NCBI GenBank assembly: GCA_964016885.1
Contig: OZ024740.1
Span: forward strand, 243,598,001 to 243,662,000
Direction of reading: 5' to 3'
DNA from: Eledone cirrhosa
Taxonomy: Eukaryota
Length of the DNA stretch: 64,000 nucleotides
Shown: piece after piece, positions 12,350-25,969 of the stretch
How the letters are laid out: each line of letters starts with the position of its first letter
How positions within the stretch are numbered: the first letter of the stretch is position 1
The notes under the pieces: generated by a model
What the model was told of the DNA's origin: nothing
Seen by the model: only the letters and a program-made list of their open reading frames with translations
Database searches by the model: none
Position numbers and translations under genes: made by a program

Positions 12350-13237
12350 TAATAACTCCAGAAAACTTACTGTAGAGTGCTTTTAATCTATTGTAAAACT
12401 ATATTCATTGAGTAATCAATGAACCATATTAATCTTTGGTTATATGTATATATACATATATGCATGTATGCGTGTATATCTTCAACATGAGGCAGTTAGT
12501 CAGAAGTTGGATTAATAGAATAGTGTTTGAGTTATCTCCCTTACTTGATTTTTTTTTAGATTTATAAAAACGATTTCTTGTCTTCAAATAGCAAGGATAA
12601 TCTTAATTGAAAATATTCAGCATACTACATTTTGTCCGAGAGACTCTATCGTACATGTGTGTATCTGTGTGTATGTGTGAGAGAGAGATTCATAGGTTCA
12701 GGTATGGCTGAATGGTTAAGAATTTATCTTCACAAACATGAGGACCCAAGCTTGTTCCATCTTGGGCAAGTGTGAGAGACATTGAGTTGTCAGAAGTTTT
12801 AAGAAAGCCCATCAGATGTCAAACTATGTCTTACTGATTCCAATTGAGAATTAGTTTAAGAATAGAATGCTCAGCCACTTTGCAAGCTAATTCAGCAAGT
12901 AGATCATTGAAATGATAGAAAAATTGGTCACTGGACTGTAGACGTTCCTGCACCTTTCTCAACAGGAGAGTTCATCACACTGAAAAGTGGTTGGTGTTAG
13001 GAAAGGCATCCAGCAGTAGAAAGCTTGCCAAATCAGGGATTAGGAGGACCCGTCAGGACTCTGCACTCAATATGATCATGCATAAGCTGGATACAGACCC
13101 CTCAGCCTGTCTGGGAGGGCAGTAGCCCTGCTTCTGGCCTATGTAGACCTGTCCAACCCTTGCTAGCAGGGATAGAGGATGTTAAATGATGATCACGATA
13201 ATTAGATATATATATATTTATATATGTATATATATAT

Positions 13238-13287
<50 letters not shown>

Positions 13288-13330
13288 TTGGGGAGGGTGC
13301 AAAACAAATATATATATATATATATACATA

Positions 13331-14337
13331 TTAAGTGTAATGAGTTCTTTTACAATGAAAATAGCTCAAAGAAAGAAATATTTCTGAGCCGTGTAAAACA
13401 TTTACATATTAATATATATGATGAAACACAAATACCAACATATCTGCATTTATATTGCAAAAGAAATTTAGTTAGCCAGAATGAAATATACTAATTATAA
13501 TATTACAGCCTGCCTATATCGATTTAAAATAATAAATCAACAAAGACAGACAGTATTGCCAAGTGGCCGTGATGTTTAGACACATTTAAATTTCAAAATC
13601 AAACCTGTTCCGTAGATAAGTTTAAACTTTAAAATCCAAATATGTTTCGAGATAAAATAAGTGTAAGGATATCATGTCCAGCTCTCTTCAGTAAACATCC
13701 CGAACATAATTGATATGCTTCACTTCTAAATAATTTTAAAAGACTGTTTAACGCACATGGTTCACAGTTTCTAGCCAGCCTCATACACATACTGCTAGAA
13801 ATAACAGCCGTATATATGAGGCTACTATCAGCTCAACCTAAGGAGCAATTTTTTTAAGTGTAATGAGTTCTTTTACAATGAAAATAGCTCAAAGAAAGAA
13901 ATATTTCTGAGCCGTGTAAAACATTTAAATATAAATTAATATATATGATGAAACACAAATACCAACATATCTGCATTTATATTGCAAAAGAAATTATTTA
14001 GAAGTGAAGCATATCAATTATGTTCAGGATGTTTACTGAAGAGAGCTGGACATGATATCCTTACACTTATTTTATCTCGAAACATATTTGGATTTTAAAG
14101 TTTAAACTTATCTACGGAACAGGTTTGATTTTGAAATTTAAATGTGTCTAAACATCACGGCCACTTGGCAATACTGTCTGTCTTTGTTGATTTATTATTT
14201 TAAATCGATATAGGCAGGCTGTAATATTATAATTAGTATATTTCATTCTGGCTAACTAAATTTCTTTTGCAATATAAATGCAGATATGTTGGTATTTGTG
14301 TTTCATCATATATATTAATTTATATTTAAATGTTTTA
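13331..14337. repeat. Direct plus inverted duplication (~340-bp inverted arms)
   Basis: 13331-13468 repeats at 13854-13995; 13394-13735 is inverted at 13992-14337; flanked by (TA)n. Confidence 0.9.
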
Positions 14338-14399
14338 TATATATACATAGACATATTTTATATAAGATATCTTTTTGATGTACCAATAACTATAACTAT

Positions 14400-16372
14400 G
14401 TCTGTTCCCTCTGCTTGGGAAACCTTTAGCGCCTTAAGCATTGAGGTCGGCTTTTATCACTTCATCCCAGGTCTTCTTGGGTCTCCCCGCTCCGCGGTTT
14501 CCATTGACTTCTAGTTCTCTGCACCTTTTTATGCAGCTGTCATCCTTCATACGCATCACATGTCCATACCAACGCAACCGCCTCTCCTGCACACAGCATT
14601 TGATTCCTCTCATGCTCAGTCTCTCTCTCAATTCATTTATGCTTTGCCGTTCGTGTATATTACTATTACACATCCATCGGAGCATGCAGGCTTCGTTTCT
14701 TTCTAATCTACGCAAGTCTTCTACAGACAGCGCCCAGGTCTCACTACCATGTAACATTGCTGTTTGTATACACGCACCATACAGTCTGCCTTTCATTTTG
14801 AGGGAAAAGCCTTTTGCAACTAACAGTGGCAGTAGCTCCCTGAACTTCTTCCATCCCGTTCTTACCCTAGTTATTGTACTTTTCGAACACCCACCTCCGC
14901 TGCTAATTCGGTCACCTAGGTAGCAGAAGCTGTCTCCTGTTTCTTCAGAGCCCTCCCAGAGTTTGGTGGTGCTTGTTTCCTGTGGCTGTTGTCCCAGAAG
15001 AGCTGCTACATGTGAAGCCTACATTCTTAGTTAACCTTTCTGAGATCCCACTACATCTCTTGTGTACCCATTTTTTGTATTTGGGGCAGAGAATGGAGTT
15101 CCTACCTACACCTTTCCTACATACTGAACAAGGCCATTTCCCTGAGGGGATCTGGGTTCTGTTTTCTCGTCTACTTACAAGGACCTTAGTCTTTGTCAGG
15201 TTGACTTTGATACCCTTTCTTTCTAGTCCCTGCTTCCATGTTTGTAATTTCTTCTCTAGTTCTACCATAGATTCAGCTATAAGTGCGAGGTCATCTGCAT
15301 ACAGGAGTTCCCATGGGCATCCGGTCTTAAACTCCTCCGTTATTGCCTGCAAAACTATGATGAATAGGAGAGGGCTAAGAACAGAGCCCTGGTGGACACC
15401 GACCTGTATGCTAAATCCCTCACTATAATCATTGCTAATCCTAACTTTGCTGACTGCTCCCCTATACATGGTTTGTACAGCTTTCACAAGCCATTCATCT
15501 ATTCCTAGTTTTCTAAGAGCCCACCAGATTACAGCACGTGGAACTCTGTCAAAGGCTTTCTCCAGATCGACAAATGCCAGGTAGAGTGGCTAACTTTTTG
15601 CTAGGTACTTTTCCTGTAACTGCCTCACAAGGAAGAGAGCATTAGTAGTGCTTTTTCCTGGCACAAACCCAAATTGCATCTCATCTAGTTTCACCTGGTT
15701 CCTAATCAACTGTGCTATAACTCTTTCTGTTACTTTCATGACCTGGTCCATCAGCTTTATACCTCTATAGTTTCCTCTATCCAGTGCATCACCTTTACCC
15801 TTGTAGCAGTTGACAATGATGCTGCTGCACCAATCCTTTGGTGTGATACCCTCTAGTATTACCTGGTTAACAATACATGTGGTTATGGTGTGACCTACCG
15901 ACCCAGATACCTTCAGCATCTCGGCAGCTATACTCGATGGACCGGTTGCCTTCCCCGTCTTCATATCTTTGATTGCCTTACTTACTACGCTGCTGCTGAC
16001 TTGTACTGTGGCCCCTCTATAGGGTCTACTTGGGGTAGGGTCTCTTCTTCCCATGCATTCTCCTCATTTAGTAATCTATCATAATGACTCTTCCACACAT
16101 CCTTCTTCTCAGCACTTGTGAGGGCAAGCTCACCTTTATCATTCCGGATACACTTCTCTCCAATGACATTACAATTCTCTCTGACTAACACACTGCCTCG
16201 CAATCTTGAACACCTCCTGTTTCTGGTCCTCACATTGCAAGACATGCTTGAATTTTCTATCCTCTGCTTCCCTCCTGGTCTCTATGTAATGTACCATGCT
16301 TCCCCCGTTCTTCCATTCTTTCCATGCCTGTCTCTTGGCCTTAACTGCCTCATCTACCTTATTGTTCCACCA
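14400..16372 (-). mobile_element. RTE-clade LINE, 5'-truncated and frameshifted
   Basis: ORFs 15590-16054, 14945-15487 and 14434-14796: KGKGDALDRGNYRGIKL, QFGFVPGKST, GVHQGSVLSPLLF, LLYADD, GSETW, RLRWYGHV, GRPKKTW. Confidence 0.93.
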
Positions 16373-16385
16373 CCAATATACACAT

Positions 16386-16602
16386 ATATATGTCTATGTA
16401 ACATAGAGGGTGTGGTAAGATACCAGGTGAACCATAACGCACCAGAGTACTTGATACTTTGGATAGTAGAGTGAGTAATATGAAAAGATTCAGGACTCCG
16501 ATGGCTGAGCTGTGGCCATTTCAGCAGCTAAATCCAAACAGTTTGTATCTAGCTGTCGAAATGGCTGGAGCTCAGCCATCGGGGTCCTGAATCTTTTCAT
16601 AT
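16386..16602. mobile_element. Short dispersed element with terminal fold-back (family H), copy 1
   Basis: gggtgtggtaa...ccagagtact...tagtagagtg body shared with 25090 and 43630; ~60-bp-arm hairpin at 16478-16602; TA-rich flanks. Confidence 0.75.
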
Positions 16603-16849
16603 ATATATGTGTTTGTGTGTATGGACTTAGTATGGTCGAATCATTAAGAAGTTTGATCTGCAATCATTAGGTCTTGGGTTTTCTCTCACAGCCTTGTCAG
16701 AGAAATTGGATAGACAAAAATGTGGAAGCCCATTGAATTGACTCTACCTATAATTCACAGGGCCAGATTTGTCACGCACTGTGTTATGCTAAATCTCCCT
16801 GAGAGTTATGTCAAGAGTACATGTGTCTGTGCAATGCTTAGCCACTTAA

Positions 16850-17067
16850 CCCTTTAGCATTTAAACCAGACATATTCAGCCAAAATTCTCTCATTTCTTT
16901 CTGTTCAAACCAGCTGTAACAGGCCACTCATACTTATGTTAAGGTATTGTTCTCAAAAATAATATCAAAATCAAATAGATTCGATATTATGTGAGATAAG
17001 TTTGTGATGTAAAACCTTTACCATGAAAATACAATAGTAAATATAGAGTAATGGAAATGCTAAAGGG
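16850..17067. mobile_element. piggyBac-type MITE
   Basis: TTAA|CCCTTTAGCATTT ... AAATGCTAAAGGG|TTAA. Confidence 0.85.
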
Positions 17068-17218
17068 TTAAGCAGGTCACTCTGTTCATCGAACAGCTGG
17101 TACACTCGTTGCTGGAACTGATGGAAGTCCATTGAATATATGTGTGTGTGCGGGCATGTGTATGTGAGTGCTTATATATATGTAAATGTAACTGACATCC
17201 ATTCTTTGTATTTTTCAG

Positions 17219-17376
17219 GTTGGTTACATGATATCACTGGCAGCTACACCCTTCCATTATATGCCTGTGGGGGTATTACGATTTTTGGGGGTTTTACCAT
17301 GCTTTTACTGAAGTTGGTTGTTTCTGGAGGTGCTTCTTGGTCTTCACTGTTTATAAATACCATTACTGCAGATTAA
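17219..17376 (+). CDS. SLC16-like transporter, final coding exon
   Basis: tttttcag|GT TGG TTA CAT GAT...; GWLHDITGSYTLPLYACGGITIFGGFTMLLLK is the MCT 'G.L.D.TGSY' TM12 exon; TAA ends at 17376; spliced CDS 208+144+852+158 = 1362 nt. Confidence 0.85.
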
Positions 17377-17625
17377 CATTAATTATTTGGCCCACGGACC
17401 TAATGTATTAGCCATGGTGCGATTTATAACACATGTGTGTACAAGGCAAGGGTCCTTGTCTTCAATCAAACAGGAGGACAAGTAATCCTTTATAAGTAGT
17501 TGCTGAAATTCTCCAGAAATCTTACACCATCAAGCCAAAGCAGAAACAATGCCCATGTTGTTCAAAGAGTTTATAATAAGTAGAAAAGCAAATATATACC
17601 CAGAATATCATATATACATACGTAC

Positions 17626-17656
<31 letters not shown>

Positions 17657-19387
17657 CACATAGACACATATCTAGTAGCGTGTCATGAAAAAATGTTTAG
17701 ATTTGCTATATTATTTCAAAATATTAATGTCATTATTTAAGTACATGATAATAAATCTAGTAGTCTATGGAAGTGTGAAACAAATATCGTTAGATAAGTA
17801 AATAAATAATAATTATTTTTAGGTAAGCTATACTTAGCTTGTTTCTTAGGAATACACGCCACTGTACATATTATATATCTATATATCTATATCTATATAT
17901 CTGTATATTAATCACTATAGATTTGTCTTTAATATAGTCCATCATTGTTATGGACTAATGTACAAGGATGTAAACCTAACCTGCTAAGTAGAAATATTTA
18001 TTCTTGCTGTACAGAATAAAGCATTGTTTAGTAACTTTACCATTCAGCACACTCTATAGTGAAAAATAAGCTTTGGTTGGTAGATCTGCTAGACAAGCAT
18101 TACATATTATTCCGTCTTTCCGTGACAGTACTTTCCAATGTACTTTTCCAATACTCATATGCATGACTATCGCAATGCCAATTAGAGCATAGACATGCTT
18201 CATTAGTTGACTCATTAGAGTTCAATAATAACTCTTACTTAGTACTCAAAGAAACAGTTCCATTGTTATAACGAAGTAGCTTCGTTTGTTTGTAACAGGA
18301 TTCCTGCTTCTTTAGGAACTGCAAAATTTTTTATATCACATGAAAGGACTTCCTCTATGGAAGGTAGTCCATATTCTCTCGTCAACAAAACAAGACGTTG
18401 GAATCTTGTTTTTCAGACAGTTTAATGGTTGTTAATGTAAAGAAAAAATATTATCTGAAAACACAGATCCGACAATAATAAAACAAAAATATTTTGAAAA
18501 TGAAGGGCGCAATATTATGAAATATTATACACAGTCATGATACTTAACTGATGAAATATATTGGCATTAGTTTAATGATACAACTGCATAGTCCAACATT
18601 CTTTGTCCTTTTCAGGGGGACTCTTTATTGGTTGGAGGGGTCCAAACAGCAATTCTTGCCATTGAATTAAGACAAGCATCAAAGACATCCATGACTGAAC
18701 TGCCAAATTACTCTCTGAGAAATACTATTTTCACCAGAAAAAACTCTTGAACAGAATGAAAATTTGAATTCTTTATTTATAATTTCTTCTTTATCTCTGA
18801 TCTACGAAGCTAAAACAAACAAAAAAAAAAACAAAAAAAAAACAGACTGAATTTAAAATTTAATTTTGGATCTACAGTTTCAGTTTTGATGAAATACAAA
18901 ATATCTCTTCATTTTTCCTCATCTACCACTCTCATTTGCATTGCAATATAGGAACCTAAACTGTTTTAATTTTATTTTGTTACTTTTTATAGATTTATTT
19001 TTCTCATTGCCCCAAAAAATGTTTTTAACAAGAAAATGTGATTTATTACAACTGCTTACAGGGGAGGGTTTGAAACCAAGATTTTTTTGGTTTCTCCCTC
19101 ATTTCAATAATATATTTTATGTGATTTTATGTGAACAGGTCAATAACAAGAAAAAAAAAACATGTCAAAATTGATTTGAATCCAAATAAGAAATGCCAAT
19201 GGTCTGCATAATTTATGCTTTATATTGCAGTTCCAAGAAAATGGTCAGGAATTACAGACAATAATCTTTTTCCAGTAAATCTTCTTTGAAACATTTTCTT
19301 TTCCTGTAAATCTACAGAAATAACAACAGCTGACTCTTTCTTTCCTTCTCCTGTTATATTCTTCAGAGTGGAAATTCTTTGGATTTG

Positions 19388-19419
<32 letters not shown>

Positions 19420-19457
19420 GACAGAATATTAGCAGTAGTTTATAATTGAGAAAATAT

Positions 19458-19458
19458 A

Positions 19459-19517
<59 letters not shown>

Positions 19518-19614
19518 AGTAGTGGTGGTGGAGGTGGTGGGGTAGATGAAGACATTGATCAGGATGATGATGATGTTCATTATCCCGATCATTATCACCA
19601 TCACAACCATTATG

Positions 19615-19646
<32 letters not shown>

Positions 19647-19665
19647 TATCATAGTCATCACGAAT
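19458..19665. repeat. (GAT)n/(GGT)n/(CAT)n compound microsatellite
   Basis: Direct reading; explains the poly-D/H/I/M ORFs. Confidence 0.95.
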
Positions 19666-21443
19666 GAAACCAGTATTTTTGTTTTTTCTGACACACAGAA
19701 TGAGAGATCTAGTCAGTTTATATATTCTAATTTATACAAATATGTCAAGAAAAAAAGTTGTTGCAATAATAAGTAACCATTCACTCGGAAACATGAGGCT
19801 TGGAAAAGAACAAAACGCAAAACAATATATATCTACCTGACCAAACAGTCTGAAATCAATAATGTTTAGCAGTTTGTTGCTTAATCTATCATATTTATTG
19901 GTTGGCTTGTTTATTTATTTAGTTAGTTACTTTGTTAAATCATAATTATTACTATTATTAGAATAATTATTATTACTGTTATCATCATCAGCATCATTAT
20001 CATCATCATCTTCATCATCATTATTCTTATTATTATCATCATCATCATCATTATTATCATCGTCATCATCATCATGGTTATAATTATTATTTATTGATTA
20101 TTAGAGAAAAGATGTAAATACTCAATAGAGTTTGTAATTATTTACACTATCCAGCCAGCCTGAAGTGTCTTTATACTAAAGGTTTGCCTACAGAACAATA
20201 TAACTCATATGTCTGCTGGAAACTCCCTTTTTCCTGTTTATGAATGTCAGTCAGAAAAACAGAAAAAAGATTAATTTTATTTATTCATAAGATTAATTTT
20301 ATTCATATATATATATATATATATATATTCATTGATTATATATATATATATATGTGTATGTATATATACAAACATATATATGAAGAAAGAAAAAGTCACA
20401 GAACTGCTTAAGAAGAATATAATGGACAATACAGATAATTCTTTACCATTACAATATAATAGAAGCGACAAACAAATGTTTTGACATGAAAAGAAAACTA
20501 TTTTTGTGTGTGCTTTTTATATTTTTATTACATTTTTTCCTTAATTCCTTAACAAAGGGATTAGTTTTAGTTCCCTTGCTTGAATCTGAAGATGGTATGC
20601 ATCGATCCATCCACACATACACACACGTGCACACACACACAGACATACACACGCACATATATATATATATAAGAATAACATTAGGAAAGATGCTGATGTT
20701 ACATAAATCGTTTATTCATAATAATTATTTCAACGGTTCTCTTGTGCAATCCATGATGAACATATATATATATATATATGAATGTAAGAGATCAAAAGAA
20801 GTAGGTATAACATTTATTACCAAATGCGTAAAAGATCAATGTATTAATCAATCACTAATGTAAAAATTCAGAGCATATTAATTCAATTTAAGTGAATAAC
20901 CAAAGTTTTTATTTATAGTTCAAATCAATTTATTCATTTCTACAATCGTCTCAATTTATTGAAATGTAATTGTATACATTTGTAACAATTTGCAGATTAA
21001 TCAACAAACATACCTATTACATTTCAAAAATCTCCTCAGGAAATAAATTTTTAGATTTCAGGAATAATAGTCCCAATTACCAGGTAGACATGCGATAATA
21101 ACCAAATTACAGAAATAAAGCCAAATTAAAGATGTGAAAATCATTAATGTTTAACATTATGCAATGTGATTTAAGCTAAAAAATATTAAAATGTGTAGAG
21201 GATATAATTCCACGTGCCATAATTACTGTTCATCTATCCAAATACAAGTATAATGTACTTACACAATAGCATATTCATTTGGATGTTTTATTTTCAAATA
21301 AGGTATAGAAGGGATATTAGACTTAACATTGTTTATGGCAGTGCATGTTTTATTTATACCACCTATATACACCGCTATAAACATACATATGTTTATAGCG
21401 GTGTATGTTTATACACACACACATTTACATATATATGTATATA

Positions 21444-21476
<33 letters not shown>

Positions 21477-21543
21477 AACCATACATATGTTTATAGCGGT
21501 GTATCTTTATACACACACACACATTTACATATATATGTATATA

Positions 21544-21591
<48 letters not shown>

Positions 21592-22005
21592 TGTATCTAT
21601 TTATGTATATTATCATCATCTTTTAACGTCAATTCTCCTTGAGGATAATATATAGAGACATATATTATCTAACCCATGCTAGCGTGTAAGATGGACGTTA
21701 AACGATGATGATGATGATGATATATATACTGCAACACATATGTATATATAATATATATATAGTATATATAGATATTAATATCATGTTGTAGATTTATATG
21801 GATGACAACAAACATTTACTAGTCTAGTGACATTGTACCTGTGGTAGAGTTGTATTAATTCGATATATCTATATCTATATTTATCTATATTTCAATTCTA
21901 TATATCTATTTCTGTCTCTCTCTTTCTCCCTATATATATATGTATACATAGGGAGAAATGTATGTATATACACATACATACATACATACATACATACATA
22001 TGTGT

Positions 22006-22043
<38 letters not shown>

Positions 22044-22501
22044 AAGTGTGTGTGTGTGTTGCTGTCATTTTTTATTCAGAGCTTGTCAGATCAATTGACG
22101 AATGCTTTTGTTGACTAGTGATATCTAAAGATAATGTCATTTGCTCCAGTCCAATGAAGAATGTTAAACTTCATACATTCTAACTGTTGATATGAAATTG
22201 ATAAATCACAGAACTGTCTTTCCATATATAACAAACACAAAGATAACTCTAAAATAGTTAAGTTAAATAATATCATAATACACCGATTTTTTTTTTTTTT
22301 TTTTTTGTTCAGAATATTGTTACAGTCACAACATTTCAGCTGTTGTACCTGCCAGCTTTTATAGTTGATAGTGTTCTTGGAATTTCAAATTGAACCCTTC
22401 ATTGAAGTCACAGGGAGTAGATTATTCTCATTCTGTTATTCATGCCAAGGATATCCTTGTATAATCAGTTATTTGTGATGTTGCTGCCTTGTTTCACTGA
22501 A

Positions 22502-22723
22502 ACCTTTTGATACCAATCTACCTGGTTCTCTGAAAGAAAACTATTTGTTTTAAAATATTTATGATTGTTTTAAAACATTCAATCATAATTTTATAAAAGA
22601 AACTTAGTTAAATTGTATTCCAAACACCAGCTTAATAACAAGAAAATTAGTTATATTACTCCAATTTCCAAAATTTATTGAAAATCATAAACAGTGTCTT
22701 TCATTAGCCATAGTACTAAAAGG
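22502..22723. mobile_element. Second piggyBac-like MITE family, decayed
   Basis: ccttttgatacc ... gtactaaaaggg|ttaa; related pieces near 3600-3934, 22984-23290 and 30640-31105. Confidence 0.5.
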
Positions 22724-23085
22724 GTTAAACTAGAGTCTATATAGGTACTCTAACTCAGGGATTGAACTCACAACCAGCTGGTAAACTGCAACCCTTAACA
22801 ACTTAATCAATGCTTGTCTTCATTATGCTGTTGTCCTCTAAAACAAATAGATGATATAAATTAGAAACTTTAAACCTAACATTTTTTCTTCCTGATTTAA
22901 AGCTTCTAATTCTCCAATTAGACAAAAACAATATAAACGTTGATTAAATATTCAGTGTAGCAGTTTAATTAGTGGGTGTGATTTTAACTCTTTTGATATC
23001 AACCTTCCCCAAACTGGTTCTGGTTCTATGAAACAAAACCACACATTTTAAAGGGTTTCTATTGGAATTAAAATCTTCCAACATA

Positions 23086-23244
23086 CCGTATTTGATGGCT
23101 TATAAGACACACTTTTTTTCAAAAAATGTCCCAGAATCTACCCGTGTCTTATATGGTCAAGGGTCAGTTAAGGTTACTGGCTAGAGGAGTTTTAGTATTG
23201 CAAATTTTTATAAACCCATGTGTCTTATTAGCTGTCAAATATGG
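23086..23244. mobile_element. Tc1/mariner (pogo-like) MITE
   Basis: TA|CCGTATTTGA ... TCAAATATGG|TA with internal tataagacac / gtgtcttat repeats. Confidence 0.65.
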
Positions 23245-23801
23245 TAATTTTATATAAAAACCATATTTAAAGTTCCTATCTTAGTAAGGAAATAAATGAA
23301 ATAAAGTGTATTTCATTAGAAATACGGTCAAGGAAGAGTTAATCCCCAATTCAGTGAATATATATATACTCTGCTTTAAGCAGAACAAGCAAGAAACATC
23401 ACAATTACTAGAATATCCTAGACATGGACAATGGAAAAAAAACCAATCTACCCTGTGGTTTAAATAAAGGGCTTGGTTTGAAATTCTAAGAATATGACAT
23501 ACACCTGAAGAAGGCCAGATGGCACACAGCCAAACCATTGTGACTATAACAACAAAGATGACACCAGTGTGAATAATTCAGTTGAAGATAATGATAATTA
23601 TTCAGACAAAGATTTTTAGGATTTTATTTTGAGTAGAATTTCAAGATCGATAAAATAAAATTCCAGTCTAGAGCAGTTGGTAGAATTGTTATGACATATC
23701 ATGTGGTATTTATTCTGGTTCTTTGCCTTCTGAATTCTTGAGTAGTAGACTTAAGTCATTACCCAGTTTAACATCACCACATGATCAATGAGTGTCTTTA
23801 A

Positions 23802-24009
23802 CACTATAGCATTTAAACCAGTCATATCTGGCCAGAATTCTCTCACCTTTTTCTGTTCAAACTGGCCATAACTGGCCACTCATACTGATGTTAAGGTATT
23901 GTTCTCAATATAAGTAATATCAAAATCTCATAGATTCAATATTATGTGAGATAAAGCCTTTACTGTGCAAACACAATAACATATGTAGAGTAATGTAAAT
24001 GCTAAAGGG
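23802..24009. mobile_element. piggyBac-type MITE (same family as 16850)
   Basis: TTAA|cactatagcatttaaacc ... aatgctaaaggg|TTAA; internal sequence matches 16850-17067. Confidence 0.8.
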
Positions 24010-24117
24010 TTAAGGGTTAATGTGGAAAACTATCAGTTGCTTGTCCCAGTTTGGAAGAATAGGATTAATGAATAATATATTTGGTTACCTCCCCTTAATT
24101 TCTGAGATCAAATCCAG

Positions 24118-24708
24118 CATCTATACCACATTCCAACTACATTTATACCACATTCCAACTACATCTATACCACATTCCAACTACATCTATACCACATTCC
24201 AACTACATTTATACCACATTCCAACTACATTTATACCACATTCCAACTACATTTATACCACATTCCAACTACATTTATACCACATTCCAACTACATTTAT
24301 ATCACATTCCAACTACATCTATACCACATTCCAACTACATTTATACCACATTCCAACTACATCTATACCACATTCCAACTACATCTATACCACATTCCAA
24401 CTACATCTATACCACATTCTAACTACATCTATACCACATTCCAACTACATTTATACCACATTCCAACTACATTTATATCACATTCCAACTACATCTATAC
24501 CACATTCCAACTACATTTATATCACATTCCAACTACATCTATACCACATTCCAACTACATCTATACCACATTCCAACTACATCTATACCACATTCCAACT
24601 ACATCTATACCACATTCTAACTACATCTATACCACATTCCAACTACATCTATACCACATTCCAACTACATCTATACCACATTCTAACCAACTTTACACCA
24701 CTTTCCAA
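24118..24708. repeat. 22-bp minisatellite (ctacatYtataccacattccaa), about 26 copies
   Basis: Direct reading; produces the spurious 243-aa ORF at 24020-24751. Confidence 0.95.
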
Positions 24709-25051
24709 CAAATGCACATACTCACACACACACATTAATATATGGCATTAGTTAGATATTCAAAGAACTAGTGGTTTTATAGTCAGTGCTGACAAAGGGA
24801 TGTGTTCTCCATTATCAGAATTTTTAAGTATGGCCTTTCATCACTACTCTTTAGGTATGGATGACAGGACATAAATACAACTTCTGATAATGGGACGTAC
24901 CTGCTTTTGTTGGAAAAGGCTTATGATAGGGCTAGTTTCTTGAATTCCACATACCACGATTTATCAAAATATATAAATTACCTCCATATTCCCATACTGA
25001 AGACTCATTGTTTTGTTGTAGGAAATCACACTCAAGTAACTATACATATAC

Positions 25052-25088
<37 letters not shown>

Positions 25089-25089
25089 A

Positions 25090-25272
25090 TAGGGTGTGGT
25101 AAAAAACAGGTAGACCATAACCCACCAGAGTACTCAATACTTGGGGTAGTAGAGTGGGTAATATGTAAAGATTCAGGGCCCTGACGGCTGAGCTCCAGTT
25201 GTTTCGACAGCTAGATCCGAACTTGAAGCTTGAAATGGCCAGAGCTCAGCCGTCGGGGTCCTGAATCTTTAT
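25090..25272. mobile_element. Family H element, copy 2
   Basis: Same body as 16386; inverted arms taaagattcaggg..ctgagctc / gagctcag..cctgaatcttta; lies between (TA)n tracts. Confidence 0.75.
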
Positions 25273-25787
25273 ATATATATATATACATACAAATAAATGT
25301 TCAAGCAGTGTTATGTTACTATATAATTAAATTTACTTAGTTACAAGCATTTTTGCAATATCACTACATTGTTGTTACGTAATCGTAACTTAGGCTGGCA
25401 TGACCTCATCAGACAGAAGTTTTTTTTTAGGGGGTGGGTGGGGGGGCATTAAGCAAAGGTTACATAAAAAAATTATAAAGTTGTTGATATTGTTAAAGGA
25501 GAACAAAGACACACGTCCATTGTGGCATATGTTCACTTAGCATATGTTAGTATTCCTTTGTTTCATCTAGCTTCCTTGATGGTATATTCTCTATGTTGAT
25601 TGGTTGCAGCTATTATTCATTATGTATCTGGAGTCCTTCTTGGTCATGCTACACTTAAGTTGATTAATGAGTTAATAGACATCTTCCACAGTATCAGTGG
25701 CTGCAATAAACTTTTACTTTGGGTTATTGAATTCATTCTTGGCTAATAACCTAATAGAATGTTTTCATTTCATTATTTCAAGTTATG

Positions 25788-25969
25788 CGGTGGATTGGCA
25801 GTATCGGTAGAGGGTCGGACGCCATGCTTTCCAGCATAGTTACGTCCCTTTACGATCTGAGTTCAAATCCCGCCGAGGTTGACTTTGCCTTTCATCCTTA
25901 CGGGGTCGATAAAATAAAGTACCAGTAATGCACTGGGTAATTGCTGGCCTTGTGCCAATAGTAGAAACA
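25788..25969 (+). mobile_element. SINE family A with TSD
   Basis: Full copy; TSD attatttcaagttatg at 25772-25787 and 25970-25985. Confidence 0.88.

Noticed and set aside
14441-15428. Plus-strand ORFs of 150-160 aa (also 39486-40556 and 42368-43048)
   Set aside because: Antisense shadows of RTE reverse-transcriptase coding sequence.
19220-19776. Poly-Asp/His/Ser/Ile ORFs
   Set aside because: Trinucleotide microsatellites open in several frames on both strands.
24020-24751. 243-aa repetitive ORF
   Set aside because: Translation of a 22-bp minisatellite that cycles through all three frames.
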